NCBI GenBank assembly: GCA_018260615.1
Contig: JAGWDQ010000135.1
Coordinates: forward strand, 1 to 20,663
DNA: 20,663 bases
From: Candidatus Altarchaeum sp.
GTDB lineage: Archaea; Altiarchaeota; Altiarchaeia; Altiarchaeales; Altiarchaeaceae
Direction of reading: 5' to 3'
Under the pieces are notes generated by a model. The model was given only the letters and a program-made list of their open reading frames with translations, did not search any database and was not told where the DNA came from. The translations under genes and the position numbers were made by a program. Positions 1 through 8,067 of the stretch are shown here, piece after piece; positions within the stretch are counted from its first letter, which is position 1, and each line of letters starts with the position of its first letter.

Positions 1-84
1 TTTTATAAAATGAGCAGTTACAAAATTTATTTACCACAACTTATTGAGAAGTTACGAGTTTTCAATCTAAAAAAATCAGCGTAA
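1..84 (+). CDS. possible 3' end of a gene entering the window (FYKMSSYKIYLPQLIEKLRVFNLKKSA*)
   Basis: Frame 1 is open from base 1 to TAA at 82-84, followed by a T-tract. No family recognisable. Confidence 0.3.
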   Translation, partial: FYKMSSYKIYLPQLIEKLRVFNLKKSA

Positions 85-173
85 TTTTTTTATTACCCAC
101 GAATTTTTCGGAAAAATACAATTTCAAAAATGAAATTTTTAAATACTGAAAATCTCTAAGATTTTCAATCTTA

Positions 174-265
174 TTTTTAAATCGCAGAGATTTAAAAATC
201 TCCGAACAAAGTGAGGTGACAAAATGTTTTAAACATTTTGTAAATACACGAACGAAGTGAGCGTA
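174..265 (+). repeat. cluster of REP-like mini-hairpins
   Basis: TTTTTAAATC-GCAGA-GATTTAAAAA (174-198), CC-GA-AC-AAA-GT-GA-GG (202-216), palindrome 220-240 and C-GA-AC-GAA-GT-GA-G (249-261). 179-219 matches the reverse complement of 18004-18044 at 39/41. Confidence 0.8.
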
Positions 266-381
266 AAAAATAAATTTTTACCCGTAATTTTTAGGGTGGC
301 TAAATAGATACTATAATTTATTATAGTGTGCTGTAATACATAAACTAATTTTCAAAAGTAAAACATTCAAACATTCACAAA

Positions 382-1095
382 ATGTCAGGAAAAATGTCAA
401 AAGGAAAGTGCTTTTTTTGCAGCAAAATTTTTGCCAAAAATGCAATGCAAAAACATTTGGAGAAATGCGAAAAAAGAAAAGAATATACCGGGAAATCCGA
501 AAGTAGAGTTGGTCTGAAAAAAGAAAAAATTTATAATATTCTGATAAAAGGAGGCAGAGAATACCAGATGTTCATAGAAATTTCCGGAAATAAAAAGCTT
601 AAGGACATGGATGATTTTATCCGGGGAATCTGGGTGGAGTGTTGCGGGCATTTAAGCGCTTTCACTATTGATGGTGTTGAATATATTTCAGCGCCGTATG
701 AACGAGGAGACAGGTCAATGAATGTCCAAATTGCAGATGTTCTTGATAGGGGAACAAAATTTTCTTATGAATATGACTTTGGAACGACAACAGAAATTGA
801 TTTGGAAATAATTTCTATCAGGGAAGGAAAAATTGACAATGGGTTATTGATTCTCGCAAGAAATTTACCTCCGGAAGCAAAATGTTGTGTCTGTGGAAAA
901 GATGCTGTTAATGTGTGTAGCCAGTGTATTGATGAGGATTTTGAAAACGCTTTCTTTTGCGGGGAGCATGGAGAAGAACATGAATGCGGAGAAGATATGC
1001 TTTTGCCTGTGACAAATTCCCCGAGAATGGGTATGTGCGGATATACCGGAGATAATGACGAATTTTACGAAAAGAAATTTTCACCGAAAATTTAA
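382..1095 (+). CDS. pRiA4b ORF3-like (IS1096 passenger TnpR-like) protein with N- and C-terminal Cys/His zinc-binding motifs
   Basis: CxxC...HxxxC at the N-terminus, YEYDFG motif, C-terminal CxxC..CxxC..CxxH..HxC followed by NSPRMGMCGY. Start could be 382 or 394. Confidence 0.7.
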   Translation: MSGKMSKGKCFFCSKIFAKNAMQKHLEKCEKRKEYTGKSESRVGLKKEKIYNILIKGGREYQMFIEISGNKKLKDMDDFIRGIWVECCGHLSAFTIDGVEYISAPYERGDRSMNVQIADVLDRGTKFSYEYDFGTTTEIDLEIISIREGKIDNGLLILARNLPPEAKCCVCGKDAVNVCSQCIDEDFENAFFCGEHGEEHECGEDMLLPVTNSPRMGMCGYTGDNDEFYEKKFSPKI

Positions 1096-1108
1096 AAGTA
1101 TATGAAAA

Positions 1109-2212
1109 TTGGATCCTATAATTATAGTTGCTATCGTTATCATAATTGCCATAATATTTGAGTACTTAAATGGTTTTCACGATGCGGCAAATGCTCTTGC
1201 AACGGCTGTTTCAACGAGAGCATTATCTCCGAAAAAGGCATTAATTTTAGGGGCAACTTTCCAGTTCATCGGAGCAGTTAGTGTTGTAAATATAACAATG
1301 TTCTTTGCATTTGCAAACATTCCGTTCTTTAAGCCGGTTACAGATACAATAGGAAAACTTGTTGCATTGCCGCATACAGGAGATGTTTTGCAAAGCGGAC
1401 AAATTTTTTCTCTTGAATTTTTGGCTTTGATTGTTGGCGTTGGATTAATTTCAGCAGCAATCTGGAATACTGTAACATGGTTTTTTGGAATTCCATCTTC
1501 GTCCTCGCATGCATTAATCGGGGGTATTTGTGGATCTGGTTTTATGGCTTTTGGAATTACTGCACTGAAATTTAGTGTCATATTACCCGCCATTCTGTTG
1601 TTAGTCATTTCTCCTGTAATTGCAATTTTATTTTGCTTCATTTCAATGAAATTTTTGCTTTTCATAATGAGGGGAAAAAGTTCAAAAGTCGGGGAAAAAT
1701 TTAAAAGAGGGCAAATATTTTCAAGCGCATTGTTTGCCTTTTCCCAGGGAGCAAATGACGGGCAAAAAACAGCAGGTATAATAACATTGTTTTTGATTTC
1801 CGCCGGAATGTGGGACTTACATAACGGAATAATATACCCTCCTTTGTGGGTCATTGTTTTATGTTCATTGGCAATTGCTGCCGGAATCGGAACAGGCGGA
1901 TGGAGAATTATAAAAACAGTCGGGACAAAAATATTTGAAATGAAATACATACACGGTTTTAATGTTCAGGCGGGAAGTACTGCGATAATATTGGGAAATT
2001 CTTTTATTGGCCTGCCTGTTTCAACTGCACATGTCTTATCAATGGCAGTTGTCGGAACCGGTGCTGCAACGAGAATGTCCGCCGTCAGATGGAATGTAAT
2101 AAGGCCAATAGTTACTGCGTGGGTTATAACTATTCCATCATGCTTTATTGTTTCAGCGACAATTTACTTTTTAGCTGCATCTGTTTTCAATTTTCCAGTA
2201 ATGAAATTTTAG
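1109..2212 (+). CDS. pit: PiT-family inorganic phosphate transporter (copy 1), TTG start
   Basis: NGFHDAANA, PSSSSHALIGG, GANDGQK and PVSTAH signatures; multiple TM helices. Confidence 0.95.
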   Translation: MDPIIIVAIVIIIAIIFEYLNGFHDAANALATAVSTRALSPKKALILGATFQFIGAVSVVNITMFFAFANIPFFKPVTDTIGKLVALPHTGDVLQSGQIFSLEFLALIVGVGLISAAIWNTVTWFFGIPSSSSHALIGGICGSGFMAFGITALKFSVILPAILLLVISPVIAILFCFISMKFLLFIMRGKSSKVGEKFKRGQIFSSALFAFSQGANDGQKTAGIITLFLISAGMWDLHNGIIYPPLWVIVLCSLAIAAGIGTGGWRIIKTVGTKIFEMKYIHGFNVQAGSTAIILGNSFIGLPVSTAHVLSMAVVGTGAATRMSAVRWNVIRPIVTAWVITIPSCFIVSATIYFLAASVFNFPVMKF

Positions 2213-2242
2213 AAATCCAAATACATTATAAAACTTTAAAAA

Positions 2243-2923
2243 ATGGGAAATATTTTAAAGAAAATTTCGGAAATTTTTGTTCCAAAGGAGACCGACTTTT
2301 ACAAATTAATGGAGGAACATGCTGATATTTGTCTTAAAGGTGCAGAAACATTCGGGGAATTTATAGTCAGTAATGAAAAAAAAGAAAAGGATTTTAAGGA
2401 CAGAGTTGATATTAAAGAGTACAGGAAAAAGATGGGAGAAATGGAAGATGATGGGAATAAAAGAAGATTTGAAATATCTGTGAAACTGAGAGAGACATTT
2501 GTAACTCCTATGGACAGAAACGACATACTTGAAATTACAAATGCCACAGATGAAATTTTAAAGTATATGGATACTAGCGTTAAAGAAATTATTCTTTATG
2601 AAGTGGACTCAACAGAGGGAATGAAGGAAATATCAGAATTTTTATACAGGTCTCTAAGAGAATTAAGGGGGGCAATATATTCATTAAGGAAAAAGCAATA
2701 CGAGGATGTCATTAAGCATGCAACGGAGGCAAAAAAATATGAAGATTACATTGAAACAACATACAGAAAGGACTTAAAGAAATTTTTTAATGATAAGGAC
2801 CTGATGAAAGATGTAGGATATGCTTTCAAATTAAGAGAGGTTTACAGGCATTTAAGCAATACTGCCGACAGATGTGATGCTGCCGGAAAGGTTCTTGTGG
2901 ATCTGGCTGTGAAGATGATGTAA
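2243..2923 (+). CDS. DUF47 family PhoU-like phosphate transport regulator (copy a)
   Basis: Helical protein with F.PKE.DFY start, F.TP.DR.DI and E.Y..L...AD.C motifs; lies between pit genes. Confidence 0.9.
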   Translation: MGNILKKISEIFVPKETDFYKLMEEHADICLKGAETFGEFIVSNEKKEKDFKDRVDIKEYRKKMGEMEDDGNKRRFEISVKLRETFVTPMDRNDILEITNATDEILKYMDTSVKEIILYEVDSTEGMKEISEFLYRSLRELRGAIYSLRKKQYEDVIKHATEAKKYEDYIETTYRKDLKKFFNDKDLMKDVGYAFKLREVYRHLSNTADRCDAAGKVLVDLAVKMM

Positions 2924-3020
2924 ATGTATTTTGAAAAATTTCGCTGCGTGATTTAACATAATATTTAGGTATGGAAAACCAAATTAGTATATGAAAAACA
3001 TAAGTTTTTTAAAGTAAAAA

Positions 3021-4118
3021 GTGGATCCGATAATTATTGTTGCCATTGTTGTTATAATTGCCTTAATCTTTGAATACAGTAACGGATTTAACGATGCGGC
3101 AAACGCATTAGCAACAACCGTATCAACAAGAGCATTAGAACCAAAAAACGCACTGCTTTTAGGAGTTATATTTGAATTTATGGGTGCATTTATTGTGATT
3201 AATCTTACGATGCTTCTCGGAAATATTCTTTTTTTTAAGCCGGTTGCAGATACAATGGGGAAGATTGTTTCTCTGCCTGCGGTAGGAAGCGAAATTTCAA
3301 ACGGAGAAATTTTTTCATTAGAATATCTGGGGCTGATTATTTGTATAGGTTTGATTACTGCATTTATCTGGAATTTAGGTGCAAGATATCTGGGAGTTCC
3401 AACTTCATCTTCGCATGCAATGATAGGGGGAATTTGCGGGGCAGGTTTTGCAGCATTCGGAATAGGAGCTATAAAGATTGAGATAGTTATGCTTGCTTTC
3501 TTGTCTTTGGTTATTTCTCCCCTTATTGCAATTCCCATAGCTTATGTATTGATGAAATTTATATTTTATATTGTCCGAAATTCAAATTTAAGTGTCAAGG
3601 AAAAATTCAGGAAAGGGGTAATAATTTCAAGCGCTGCCTTTGCTTTCTCGCATGGTGCAAATGACGGACAAAAAACAATGGGAATAATAAGTTTGTTTTT
3701 ATTAAGTGCTGGAATGCTACAACTCTCTCCGTCGGGAATAATTTATCCCCCTTTGTGGGTGATTCTATTGTGTTCATTGGCAATGGCATTTGGAATAGCA
3801 ACAGGCGCGTGGAAAATAATTAAAACAGTAGGAACTAAAATTTTCAAGATGAGATATGAACACGGATTTAACGCACAAACATCTGCAACTGCAATAATAC
3901 TTGTGGGTAGTTTTATAGGTCTGCCTGTAAGCACGACTCATGTAATGACAACATCAATTATGGGAACGGGAGCGGCACAAAGAATAAAAGCCGTAAAATG
4001 GGGCATCGGAAAAACACTTCTGACTGCGTGGATATTAACAATTCCTATGACATTCATAATTTCAGCAGTTATTTATACTATTTTTGCATTTGTCTTTCAT
4101 ACGCCTAAAATATTTTAA
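3021..4118 (+). CDS. pit: PiT-family inorganic phosphate transporter (copy 2), GTG start
   Basis: NGFNDAANA, PTSSSHAMIGG, HGANDGQK and PVSTTH signatures; collinear close paralog of copy 1. Confidence 0.95.
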   Translation: MDPIIIVAIVVIIALIFEYSNGFNDAANALATTVSTRALEPKNALLLGVIFEFMGAFIVINLTMLLGNILFFKPVADTMGKIVSLPAVGSEISNGEIFSLEYLGLIICIGLITAFIWNLGARYLGVPTSSSHAMIGGICGAGFAAFGIGAIKIEIVMLAFLSLVISPLIAIPIAYVLMKFIFYIVRNSNLSVKEKFRKGVIISSAAFAFSHGANDGQKTMGIISLFLLSAGMLQLSPSGIIYPPLWVILLCSLAMAFGIATGAWKIIKTVGTKIFKMRYEHGFNAQTSATAIILVGSFIGLPVSTTHVMTTSIMGTGAAQRIKAVKWGIGKTLLTAWILTIPMTFIISAVIYTIFAFVFHTPKIF

Positions 4119-4122
4119 CCGG
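4072..4122 (+). repeat. 51-bp direct repeat, left copy (3' end of pit2)
   Basis: Matches 5964-6014 at 48/51. Confidence 0.9.
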
Positions 4123-4348
4123 CAGGGCAAAATTTGCGTAATACTCATCAGTAACAACAACTGATCTTACTTATCTCTCTCCGTTTGTATATTTTAAAAA
4201 TAGGTGTAAGATTATTTTCGGCCAAAATTTTTATTATTTAATTGTTTGGCACTTATATTTAAGACCGTGATGGTGTCCGGAAATTCAAAATTTTTGTACA
4301 TTATCGCGGATTCAAAAATATGAGCATAAAAATTTATTTTTTAAAGAT

Positions 4349-4470
4349 TAAAAACCAGTAGTTTTTAGTATTTAAAAAATCTCATAGATTTTTTAAAGAT
4401 TGAAACCGAAGGTTTCAGTATTTAAAAATCTTGAAGATTTTTAAAGATTGAAAATTTATAATTTTCAGTA
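4349..4470. repeat. array of five alternating hairpins joined by GTA/GAT linkers (BIME-like)
   Basis: Stems at 4349-4367, 4371-4397, 4401-4417, 4421-4445 and 4449-4467, all perfect inverted repeats. Confidence 0.8.
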
Positions 4471-4573
4471 AAAATTTATAATTTTCAGGACTTTAACAAA
4501 ACATAAGAGTTTATGGATGAATCCTAATTAAATAATAAGAATGGGACAAAAAAGAATAAATTAAATTTTTAAA

Positions 4574-4840
4574 ATGTACTCCGCAGGAACATATAAACTG
4601 ACAAGAAGTGATCAAATAACAATACCTGATGTGATTAGAAAGCATTTAAAGTTGCATGATGGAGATCTGCTTGATTTCTTTTACTCTAATGATACGGTGC
4701 TTCTTAAAAAGAAAAAAGAACCGGTCGAGGTATTCAGGTCATTAGCAGAGAAATCAAGAAAAGAATTTAAACAAAAGAAAATAACAAGAGAAGATGTGGA
4801 AACTGAAATAAAAGCATACAGATCAGAGAACCGGAAATGA
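4574..4840 (+). CDS. AbrB/MazE/SpoVT-family antitoxin
   Basis: QITIP..IRK.L.L..GD.L.F motif; its stop overlaps (ATGA) the start of a PIN ORF. Confidence 0.85.
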   Translation: MYSAGTYKLTRSDQITIPDVIRKHLKLHDGDLLDFFYSNDTVLLKKKKEPVEVFRSLAEKSRKEFKQKKITREDVETEIKAYRSENRK

Positions 4841-4983
4841 AAAAAATTAAAATTGTTGCAGACACGAATGTATTAATCTCCGCATTTGGATGGAAAGGCA
4901 ATGAATATAACCTGATAGAGAAATGTCTGGTTGAAGAGATTACGCTGGTTCTGTCCGTAGATATTCTAAGTGACGTGAATTAA
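4837..4983 (+). pseudogene. truncated PIN-domain toxin (48 aa, COG1569-like N-terminus)
   Basis: Manual translation MKKIKIVADTNVLISAFGWKGNEYNLIEKCLVEEITLVLSVDILSDVN*. It has the V.DTNVLIS motif and stops about a third of the way through a PIN domain. Confidence 0.85.
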
Positions 4984-5036
4984 ATAACTTTTCCGTTTTA
5001 ATTTTTATATTGGTGCCCTTCCTTTTTCAAATTCTC

Positions 5037-5071
5037 ATTTCCGAAGCATGTTAATTTCCGAAGCATGTTAA
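5037..5071. repeat. perfect 17-bp tandem duplication ATTTCCGAAGCATGTTA x2
   Basis: Read directly; ends 4 bp before the MITE-like element. Confidence 0.9.
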
Positions 5072-5075
5072 CTTC

Positions 5076-5146
5076 AGGACTTACGCAAAAGCAATACAAA
5101 TTTTTTGTTTTAAAGTCTTTTTTACAAGGTGAACTGCGTAAGTCCT
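5076..5146. mobile_element. 71-bp MITE-like element / IS-end remnant with 12-bp terminal inverted repeats
   Basis: AGGACTTACGCA (5076-5087) and TGCGTAAGTCCT (5135-5146) around a 47-bp spacer. No target-site duplication seen. Confidence 0.6.
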
Positions 5147-5818
5147 ATCAAAATTAGAATTCTTAAAGAGTATCTTGAGATGGTTATTTTAAAAGATGTT
5201 GTTGAAAGGTATAATATAAAAAATACGAAAGTAGTGCGATGGTTAATAAAAGCAGTAATTACTTCCTTTTCTAAAGAATTTAGCGTTCATAAAGTTTATC
5301 TGACTCTGAAATCGCAAAATATAACTTTAAGCAAAAACACTCTTTACACTTATTTATCTATCCTTGAAGATGTTTTTTTTATATTTCTCGTGCCTAAATT
5401 TAGTTTTTCGGAGCGAAAACAGGATTTGTCAATAAACAAAATTTATTTGTGTAACTGTAGTTTTTCAAAAATATTTGAAAGTAGCAGCAACACTGGTAAA
5501 AAAATTGAAAATGTTGTTTTTTTGGAACTAATGCGCCGGAAGAAAATTTTGACTGATATATCTTACTGGAAAAATAAAGAGCAACAGGAAGTTGATTTTG
5601 TTGTTAAAACCAGCCAAAAAATTGATAAGTTAATTCAGGTTTGTTATGATATTGAAGACACCGAAACAAAAAAGCGTGAAATAACGGCCCCGATAAAAGC
5701 AGGCAAAGAACTAAAATGTAACAATTTACTTGTTATTACATGGGATTACGAGGCAGAAGAGGTTGTGGAGGAGAAAAAGATAAAATTTATACCTTTGTGG
5801 AAATGGTTGCTTACATAA
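5147..5818 (+). pseudogene. 5'-truncated COG1373 AAA+ ATPase (DUF4143 C-terminal part)
   Basis: KDVVERY, RKIY-like NKIYLCN, ENVVFLEL, YWK....EVDFV and IPLWKWLL motifs. Walker A/B are missing. The ORF-track GTG start (5129) lies inside the MITE-like element. Confidence 0.85.
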
Positions 5819-5881
5819 ATCACAAAAATTAAAACACATTTCCTAAAATTTTTTATCGTACAGGAAAGTTCGTTTTATTGT

Positions 5882-5947
5882 TCTCTCACACCAAGACACG
5901 GAGACACAAAGGGCAATGTTGCTCTGTGACTTTGTGGCTTTGTGCGA
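5882..5947. repeat. imperfect palindrome built from ~8-bp CACAAAG/CACAGAG-type units
   Basis: CTCTCACACCAAGACACGGAGACACAAAG ... CTCTGTGACTTTGTGGCTTTGTGCGAG. Confidence 0.6.
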
Positions 5948-5963
5948 GTATTCTTCTGATTTT

Positions 5964-6014
5964 TTTATACTATTTTTGCATTTGTCTTTCATACGCATAA
6001 GATATTTTAGCCGG
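5964..6014 (+). repeat. 51-bp direct repeat, right copy (orphan pit2 3' end, YTIFAFVFHTHKIF*)
   Basis: 48/51 identical to 4072-4122. Confidence 0.9.
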
Positions 6015-6082
6015 TTGTATGAAATTTAACTAAAAAAATTCTTTCGGTTCGCAGGAAAAACATATCAAATTTATTGATATTG

Positions 6083-6119
6083 AAATTTAATTATCTATAT
6101 AAATTTAATTATCTATATA
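6083..6119 (+). promoter_or_regulatory. 18-bp perfect tandem repeat AAATTTAATTATCTATAT x2 just upstream of phoU; candidate operator/promoter
   Basis: The repeat ends about 11 bp before ATG 6131. The regulatory role is inferred. Confidence 0.45.
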
Positions 6120-6130
6120 GATTAACCAAA

Positions 6131-7138
6131 ATGGAATCCAGAAAAATTCAGTTTACCGGAAAATCGTCATATATTGTGTCTTTGCCAAAGGACTGGGTTG
6201 AATCACAGGGAATAAAAAAGAACGATTCTGTCATAATAATACCTCACAGAAACGGGACTCTGATGCTCATACCCAAGGCAGGAAAAAAGAGAATAGAAAC
6301 CAGGGAGATTGAGGTTGACAGTATAAGAGATAATGAGACATTGTTGTTCAGAATTCTTATAAGTGCATATATAAACGGATACTCAAATATTGTCTTAAAA
6401 TCAAAAAAAGAAATATCTCCTATGGTTAGAAACTGTGCAATAAAATTTACCCAAAGTGCCATAGGTCCGGAAATAATAGATGAAGATGATGCAACAATAA
6501 CAATTAAGGACCTGCTTGACCCATGCGAAATGCCATTTGACAAGACCATTAAGAGAATGTATGCTCTTGCAAAAGCAATGCATGAAAGTGCAATCTCAGC
6601 AATCAGGAATAAAGATAAGGAAACCGCAAAAAAAACAATTGAGATAGATACTGATGTGGACAGGTTGCACTGGCTTATTTCAAGACAATTCAATATTTTA
6701 CTGAAAAATATGGAGTTTTCGGAAAAAATGGGATTAACCCAAAATGAAGGGGCGTATTATTTTTTAATAAGCCGGCTGATTGAAAGAATCGCCGACCATG
6801 CTGTTAAAATAGCAAAGGCATCTCTTTTTGTTATGGATGAAGGTATTAGTGCTGATATGACCGGAATGCTGTCATCACAGAGCGAAACCGCTTTAAAAAT
6901 TTTCAGCAGGTCCTTTGACGCATGGACTAAAAAAGACATAAATTTGGCGAATAACAATATTGACTCTATAGAAAAACTGATTTCGGATTGTGAGACAATA
7001 AAAAAGGAGATATTAAGGAAGAACTACAAATCAGTAACTTATATAAGTTCTATTATTGAAAGTATAAGAAGGGCAGGAGAATATTCTGCGGATATGTCTG
7101 AAATTACGATAAACTATCTTGTTGACGATAAAATATGA
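6131..7138 (+). CDS. phoU: phosphate uptake regulator PhoU with N-terminal AbrB-type DNA-binding domain (archaeal COG0704 type)
   Basis: RKIQ.TG.SSYIVSLPK.W AbrB motif and two PhoU repeats (D.DVDRL; ERIADHA; RRAGEYS.DM.E). ATG 6131 in AAAA context is preferred over TTG 6074. Confidence 0.92.
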   Translation: MESRKIQFTGKSSYIVSLPKDWVESQGIKKNDSVIIIPHRNGTLMLIPKAGKKRIETREIEVDSIRDNETLLFRILISAYINGYSNIVLKSKKEISPMVRNCAIKFTQSAIGPEIIDEDDATITIKDLLDPCEMPFDKTIKRMYALAKAMHESAISAIRNKDKETAKKTIEIDTDVDRLHWLISRQFNILLKNMEFSEKMGLTQNEGAYYFLISRLIERIADHAVKIAKASLFVMDEGISADMTGMLSSQSETALKIFSRSFDAWTKKDINLANNNIDSIEKLISDCETIKKEILRKNYKSVTYISSIIESIRRAGEYSADMSEITINYLVDDKI

Positions 7139-7422
7139 TGGGATTTCATAAACCCGAATAAAATTTTTCTTTTTCACGATTTTAAATTTATCCCCGGCGG
7201 ATATTTTGTTGCCGCTCTAACATTTTTCTGTTTGCAGAGATACGATTCTAAAACGACCTGTTTCTGATGAATTGGTAAATTTATTTATTTCAAATTTATT
7301 TATCTAATTGTAATATAATATATTTATGTTTTAATTTATATAGTTAAATTTTAATTCATATATTTATAGTTCAAAATATAATTATTAATCAAAAAAATAA
7401 AAAATTTTAAAACAAGTTTTAA

Positions 7423-8058
7423 ATGGTCTTTGAATGGTTAGTTCCAAAGGATAATGAATTTTACAATTTTTTTGAAGAGCAGGCAAAATTGGTAGTCATA
7501 GCAAGTGAAAAATTAAGCGAAATTTTAGAAAACTATTCACCGGAAAAAACAGAAATTTATGCTAATGAAATGAAGGACATTGAACATAAAGCAGACGAAA
7601 TTGCGGCAAAAATTTATATAAAGACGGCAACCTCTTTTATGACACCTATTGATACCGAGCGGATTATCGGATTAAATAAGGAGCTGGATAATATAGTTGA
7701 TATGATTGAAAAATTTATCAGTATGTGTAATGTGTATGAATTAACAGGCATAGATAATTATACATTAAAACTGGGAAATTTATTGAAAGATACATCGGTA
7801 ATTATACAAAAAAATGTTTCATACCTGCGGGATGCAGAGAAAAACAAAGAAAATATAAGTGCATTAAATGAAAATATCAGGGCAAAAGAAAGAGAAGGTG
7901 ATGAAATTTTTAAAGCGGCGATGAAGGAGTTGTTTAAAAGTAATGATGCAATACATATTATAAAAATGAGGGATGTTTATGATACATTGGAAGATGCGAT
8001 GGATGCGTGCAGGGAAGTTGCAGATGAAATTTCGGACATAATAACAAAGCTGGCATAA
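7423..8058 (+). CDS. DUF47 family PhoU-like phosphate transport regulator (copy b)
   Basis: IEHKADE, F.TPID.E.I, E.EGD and D..D.LEDAMD.C motifs; lies 9 bp upstream of pit3. Confidence 0.92.
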   Translation: MVFEWLVPKDNEFYNFFEEQAKLVVIASEKLSEILENYSPEKTEIYANEMKDIEHKADEIAAKIYIKTATSFMTPIDTERIIGLNKELDNIVDMIEKFISMCNVYELTGIDNYTLKLGNLLKDTSVIIQKNVSYLRDAEKNKENISALNENIRAKEREGDEIFKAAMKELFKSNDAIHIIKMRDVYDTLEDAMDACREVADEISDIITKLA

Positions 8059-8067
8059 ACGAAAAAA

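Larger units (their letters stand above)
4072..6014. mobile_element. decayed integrated island bounded by att-like direct repeats
   Basis: Direct repeats enclose a TA pair, a MITE-like element and a truncated ATPase. No integrase is present. Confidence 0.55.

Noticed and set aside
6074-6130. N-terminal extension of PhoU (ILKFNYLYKFNYLY)
   Set aside because: It is a translation of the 18-bp upstream tandem repeat; the family motif begins at ATG 6131.
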